A stretch of 64,000 nt of DNA from Botryllus schlosseri (taxonomy: Eukaryota): the NCBI GenBank assembly GCA_051294905.1, contig CM119381.1, positions 7,874,001 to 7,938,000 on the forward strand, in the 5' to 3' direction. Below, piece after piece: positions 57,871 through 64,000 of the stretch. The notes under the pieces are model-generated. The model did no database searches and was not told the origin of the DNA. It saw only the letters and a program-made list of their open reading frames with translations. Each line of letters begins with the position of its first letter. Positions within the stretch are counted from its first letter, which is position 1. A program made the translations under genes and the position numbers.

Positions 57871-58479
57871 CGTGCTTTTCCTCTAAGTATCTACCTATAG
57901 ACACACGTAGATCCGTAGGCTAGTAGATGCCTAGTTTCTCATCGTCCGGTGTTCACAAAAAGCATAGGTAATTGTTTTTATTGCTCGGCTATCACAGGTA
58001 TCATATAAGGTCCAGATTAAGTGATATTTTGTGTGGTATTTGAGCATCCGCAGTTGCACGCGGATATTAGCAGTGCAGCTTACTTGCAATGAGCCTCCTG
58101 TCACTTTTGTTGTCTCTGGCACATGCCTATCTGCTGTGATTTTTGGCACACAAAGGATAGTGACTGACATGTGATCACGAGGAAATATGAGTATATTGAG
58201 TTAGCCGTATCTGAAATACAGAAGGTCTGTGGCAGTAACGCAATAACGTTTAGCCGAAACAACAAAATGTCTATGAAATATTGGTCACTGATCATATGCC
58301 GTTAAAACGGTGCTCATTACCTCAGAAATATATAAATGAAACTGTATAATTTGAGAGCTTCGAGTATTAGAAGCACATTTTATGCATTTATGCGTCAGGC
58401 AGAGTTTGGATATATTCATCATCTTTGAGTCGTAAGGAATTTCGACTCCCGGCACATTTTGAGCGAAGTCATTTTGTTT

Positions 58480-58575
58480 CAAGTTTTGACTCAACTTATG
58501 CAGATATTCTTCGAGTGGCTCGAGTCAAGTCAAGTTTTCTGAACGTTTTCGATTTCGAGTTGATTGCAAGTCACC
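58480..58575. repeat. Fragment related to the GACTC/GAGTC hAT subterminal array
   Basis: GCTCGAGTCAAGTCAAGT and similar motifs, as in 11265-12239. Confidence 0.5.
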
Positions 58576-58689
58576 AATGGCGTTTCAGTAGTGAAAATGC
58601 ACATATCCACTGTATATTGAATAGACGGCATCGAATTTGGTGTTATGCTACTACTAAACTATAACCACGTGTGCCATGGGTTATTTATA

Positions 58690-59090
58690 TGGATAGTGGA
58701 GAGTGTTGCACACAAGGCAGATTTGGAAAATTGGGAAGTTTTCAGCTTTTTCGAATTAGATTAGAATTAGAATTAGAGCTTATTCACCTATTTAAGATTG
58801 GCTGCATGCGTCGCTCCCCCGTGTGTTCCTTTTGTCGCGTCCCGGACACTGTTTGCCATATACTTATGAGATGTTGTAAATTTGAATTTCCTTGCCGCCA
58901 ATGAAAACCTTGATTTCCCTTTACAAAATCAATGACAATTCATTGTCTAACTATGCCAGTTATAGAAATTATTTTCCCTAGCGAATTGTTGCTTCTAGAT
59001 CAATCTATTGCTTTTTCCGATCGTTTCATTGACTGAGCGTGGAGCAAATAACCAATATCGGTTGAAATCGCCACTTATTTCATAATAATA
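58690..59090 (+). mobile_element. 5'-truncated I-clade LINE 3' end
   Basis: HLFKIG..RSPVCSFC..PDTVCHILMRC (C-terminal CCHC) and a 3' UTR motif like that at 43080-43120, then an AT-rich tail. Confidence 0.65.
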
Positions 59091-60837
59091 TTATTGATAA
59101 CAGAATTGGGGCTATACAGATTTTACCCAAATTAGATAATAATAATAATATTATTACTATGATAATTTATAGAGCACCCAATGTAACAATATAGTTTTAC
59201 TACACTAGAGCGCTGTACATAAAATGCAATAAAATATAAAACTAAACTATACGTATAAAAGATGCAGTGTATAGTTGTAGGGCGGAATGAATACGACTCT
59301 AGTTCCAACGCTAGATTAGACCCTTAATTAGATTAGAATTAGAATTTGAGCTTCATAGTTTTTTGTCAAATTAGGTTAGAATTAGATATACTGAATTCAC
59401 AAAAACTTGCAAATTGAATGAAATTGTGAATGTAAAATGAATGCAGAATAAAACAGCTAGTTCATATGAAATCACAGTGCCATCACATAACCATCACTGA
59501 AGCACGGCTCTTGATTGGTTAATCAGCTATGGTTGAATGATCACAACCGCATCGTCTTGCTGATTATGTGCTTCTTATCGTTCAAGAAGTTTGCTAACGT
59601 CAATGATTCTGTAAGCGCATTGTAGATTCTGGATTTAAAAATAAAATGTGACACCTGACTTATGGGATTAGCTGGGTTATAGACGCACCAATCAAATTAC
59701 GGCATGTCATCCTAATCGCCACGCCCATATTCATACCCTAAGGGTACATTTTGTAAAAGTGATTATATTCCGAGACTTGATAATAACTTGCTTTCGAGAG
59801 AAAAACATCATTCAGATTATACATAAATTTCGAAAATTACGATGTCCATGCAAGGCTATGTTTTTATTTTATGTGTATTTAAGACTATAGTCGTAGCAGA
59901 AATGTGAGCATTACTTAGCGCAAATTGCAAATAACGTCACTATTCGGTTCTAGACCGACTTTTCGTGTAGTATACTACGATATATACGACAGCTGACACT
60001 CTCCGCAGATATTCTATTATAAGGTTTTAGGACTATATATCTTCGCAGATAATATGAGCAATACACTATCAACGTTGAACTATGCGCGGTTTTGCAGCGA
60101 CATATTGAAATTCTACATATATTTCATTTCAGATTTTACATAAATTAAAAAAAACTATGATGTCTAAGCAAGACTATATTCGCCAGATATTCTATTATTA
60201 TGATTATTTAGGACTTAATATTTTCCAGGATAATATGAGCTTTCATGCAACACTCGTCCACGTTGAATTAGGCGCGGTTTTTATGATGACAGTCACGACA
60301 TTTTAGGACTTATATCATATGCTCGCAGTACAACTAAATGGGGCTTCATTCTAATACCGGCATAATTTTTACATGTCGAATTTAATGGTAATTAAATCAG
60401 CACTAAATCGCCAACGTACTAGACGCAGGCGCGCGATTCTCGGCGTTATAATTGAACAAACACTCTCGCAGCAGGTACGCGATCCCCAAGGTTATACTGA
60501 TAGGGACTAATTAGTCACATGAGCGCGAGTCTAATGAATATTCCGACATATACAAGCTAGTTTAAAAGTAAAACTAATCGAAAATTCACGAAGTTCCGAT
60601 AAACTATATCTCAATTTTCCTAAATTATTCATCCACAAGAGTTGATGTGTAGTTAAGTATATCATTTTCAGATGGCAATTATTACCTCGCTTCCGTAAAC
60701 CAACAAAACACAACTGAGGTCCTATTCCGTTATTCTATGCAACAATATGTAGGCGACCAGCCTGATTTGAACATTCAAATCTGAACACTCCAGGTAAACT
60801 TATCGCCCACCACCGATAGGCATACTCATTTGATGCC

Positions 60838-63770
60838 TTTAAGCGGATGCGCTTAGTAACCTAGTAAAACACATTACAGAATTCACGCGTAAGTCGGTAT
60901 TGCTCTGTGATGATTTTGAGGTTGTTTCATACCGATTTCACTCAATTTCGCGAAGTAGGTTGATAACTACTACTTTTAGTAAGTTAGTTACGTAGTACGA
61001 ATTATTATTTTTTAATTCAAATATAGCGTATCGAGTACTTTTTTTAGTGCCTTAGAGACGTTTACACTGTGGATTTCGAAAGCTTCACTTGATTTTTGTT
61101 TTTAAATAAGCTAGAAGTAGCCATTTCCGAGTAAGTAAAACGCAGGTATTCTACGACCTTTTCTGCTTAATACTGTAACTATCATTCAGTTGAAGCAGAC
61201 TAATGTAATAAACACTTGAGAGTATTTGTTATATATAGCTAAAAACCTAATTGAGTACTCTGAAGAAGTATAACTAGCACAGTTTTTGGTATTTGTATGA
61301 CATCGAAGTTTACGTACTCCACGCTTACCTTATGTCAATAGTTTAAAACGTATACTTGAGTACTACAAAATGTACCAGTACTTTACCTTTACACTACGTT
61401 TTTCGTAAAATGAATACCAATTTTAATAAAATATAAAAGTGCGCGAAAAGTAACATTTATCCCGGAACGCAGCAAGAAAAATCGTATGGATTTGTATAGT
61501 ATACAGAAAACTACACTATCCCGATGCACTAAAGACTTCCTAAAATATTACACAAGACAGAACATGCGAGTATCCATTATCTTATTAATGCTATTGCAAT
61601 AGATGTCAGTCCGATTCCGACAAACACGACTCCCTTTCAAACTTTATTGTAGTCGAAAGCGGTATTATCAAAGAATCCCACAAAGCTGTCCTGCAACAAA
61701 AATAGAAGCCCTAATGATCATACAGAGTACAGTTGTAGTGTCGTAGAATATAAATTGGGAACCTAATTGGAAAGTAGAGCTGAGTTTTATCAGCGAGAGA
61801 TGATATGGGCTCTGGAAAGCAGATACACCATATATCTCATGCTAAAAGATAATTAGTAAAACCTAAGCAAAACATCTAAATCCCCAAGCCATCCTCCATT
61901 TTGCACGGTCCACTTTCGCCTTCTGCTTGCAATGTAATTCCTGACTGTCTGTATGATAGTTTCTATATGCTTCCCATGATTCTCATCCTCCGTCTTGCGA
62001 GCAAGAATGCTACAAAGCACAAAAGGGAGACAATCCTACCCCAATTTTCATGGGTATCTTTTGAAATTTCATTAGCTATCATCATTATTATATTTTTCAC
62101 CGACTCCAACATCATTATAACGGATACGTTTGAAGACTGCATTCACGACAGTTGGATGTCGCTGGAACATTTCACCCCCACTATTTACCTTAACGCATGA
62201 GTTCGTACATAATAAAATTCCTAGTCAAGGAGTATCCTTCGGATAAAATTTCATCGTTTTTCCCGGTGACCGAAGGTGATACTCGTGTTAATTCCATGGT
62301 TTGAGGAGAATAGCGAGTCAGAGCTCACTGCGTTTTCGCGGCTCAGAATGACTTATCGCGATGAAAAATAGCATCAATAAATCGAGTCCCGCCATGCAAT
62401 ATTTGAGTTTTACAAATTACCCTTCGAAATGAGCCCGCATGTTGGATATTATCGAAAACCTCCGTTCAAAATGATACGACTTTACCTAGAGCGAACAAGT
62501 ATTTAGGGTATTAGGAAAGTTCTTGTATAATCTACATTTTAGAAAACTCATGTAAAGCCCACGAAACCCATTGTGTAAAAGTCTCTAATGTGATGGAAAA
62601 AAATTATTCGATACGCTATATTTATATCTAAAAATATTATTCCCCGTGAAACGTACTGGGTGTGGGGTTTGGACCCAGTTTCATCTATATCCTACAATGA
62701 CTTTTCACACTCCAGTGTGAATTATCGCAATGAAAAATAACAAAATTACATTGAGAAGTTGACTTTTGAATATAGAAAATGCGCGAGCTCAACTAACTTT
62801 TTACGGGGTTCGAAATCGCAACTTCTATACATTAACACAAAGTATTTGCGAGACATCGCAGCGCCGCTCATATTGCATGATCTATTTATTTCACAGGTAT
62901 GGAATTACTCCGACATTTATTAGAGTATACTTTTACAGCGTTTGCCTACGAAGAGTACTAGACTAATAAGCGGATCGCGATTGAACATAGATGAAAGATT
63001 GACTTGATTCAAGTTTAATAAACGTTCCGCGATGTAAAATTTGTATATACTATACAAAATCCAGAGCGTAAAGTCTTTAATGCATCGGAATAGTGTAGTT
63101 TTCTATCTACTATACAAATTCATACTACTTTTCTTGCTGCGATCCGGGATAAAATGTAATTTTTCGCATACCATTATTTTTTTAAAATTAGTACTCATTT
63201 ATAAAAAAACGTCAGGTAAAGGTAAAGTACTTGTACATTTCTTAGTACTCAAGTATAAGTTTTAAACTATTAACAGAAGGTAAGCGCCAAGTACGTAAAT
63301 TTTGATGTCATACAAATTCCACAAACTGTGCTAGTTCTGCTTCTTCAGAGTACTCAATTAGAATTTTAGCTATATGCAGCAAATGCTCTCAAGTGTTATG
63401 GTATTGGCCTGCTTTCAATCTATATTAGTTACAGTATTAAGCAAGAATGGACCTAGAACACTAACGTTTTACTTACTCGGAAATGGCTACTTCTCACTCA
63501 AAAAAAACATAACAAGTATAGCTCACAAAATTCATAGCGTAAACGTCTCTAATGCCCTAAAAAAGTTCACGATACGCTATATTCGAATCTAAAATAATAT
63601 TTCGTACTCCGTTACTAGTTTAGTAGTAGTTATCTACCTACTTTACGAAATTGAGTGAACTCTCACAAATCGGTATGAAACAACATCAAAATCATCTCAG
63701 AGCATCACCGACTTTTGCGTGAAGTCTGTATTGCGTTTTACTACGTTACTATAAGGGCATCTGCTTAAAG
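60838..63770. mobile_element. Long inverted-repeat (foldback-like) element, ~700-bp arms, ~1.5-kb spacer
   Basis: 60838-61540 is the reverse complement of 63068-63770 at roughly 80-85% identity by eye; the outer right end is cut by the hAT at 63771. Confidence 0.75.
61857..62297 (-). pseudogene. Intronless Bcl-2 family pseudogene
   Basis: BH4-like SLTRNFIMYELMR, BH3-like GGEMFQRHP, BH1 NWGRIVSLLCF (62029-62046 core), BH2 WTVQNGGWLG (61889-61912) in correct order, across ~3 frameshifts and stops. Confidence 0.8.
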
Positions 63771-64000
63771 CAGGCGTGGGCAAACTTTGAGCTCGCGGTC
63801 GCATTCAACATCTGAATCCACTCGCGGGCCACGCTATATAAAATTAGGATTATAAACCAAAACACAATATTAGTATTTGATTATATAGCGAATGCATGGC
63901 GATAATTCATATGCTTATTTAAAACCAACCAAACATAGCTTTCAAGAAATCGTACAGCACGCGTCAGAAAGAGTGGCAAGACTTTGTAGGCTGGTTGACC
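63771..64000 (+). mobile_element. hAT (Charlie/Buster-like) left end running off the right edge
   Basis: CAGGCGTGGGCAAACTTT terminus; second copy of the 51380 element. Confidence 0.75.

Noticed and set aside
59880-60310. Weak ~130-180-bp degenerate repeat (CAGATATTCTATTAT...GATAATATGAGC)
   Set aside because: Only two to three poorly matching units with no termini or coding signal.
1-64000. Host species or phylum assignment
   Set aside because: Element mix suggests an invertebrate animal, but no host gene or marker allows a supported call.

Overview
Eukaryotic (animal-like) repeat-dense DNA made almost entirely of nested mobile elements; I could not support any intact host gene, tRNA, rRNA or CRISPR array. 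Left to right: the 3' end of a BEL/Pao LTR retrotransposon (1-2996); a decayed DNA transposon with 231-bp TIRs (4338-7153); and a Ty1/copia relic into which a 38-kb composite has inserted. The composite (7969-46122) is a Gypsy LTR element (element A; CHCC Gag finger and tRNA-Trp PBS, i.e. CsRn1/Boudicca-like) with a third ORF resembling a herpesvirus gB-type class III fusogen. Element A is split by a non-autonomous hAT in protease (8-bp TSD), a complete Polinton/Maverick in RT (13313-31165, AGTAGT termini, 6-bp TSD) and an I-clade LINE in env (14-bp TSD). The Polinton carries a piggyBac, which holds a perfect 103-bp hairpin with hammerhead-ribozyme-like motifs; the LINE carries a young Mag-type Gypsy (element B). 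Besides the usual genes, the Polinton has three minor-capsid paralogues, a Bak/Bcl-2-like ORF, an RPA-like tandem-OB SSB and apparent ~70-nt spliceosomal introns. To the right lie a truncated Gypsy (element C), MITEs, LINE/copia relics and a ~700-bp inverted-repeat element enclosing an intronless Bcl-2-family pseudogene. All protein assignments come from motif recognition by eye, not database searches; identity values are manual estimates.
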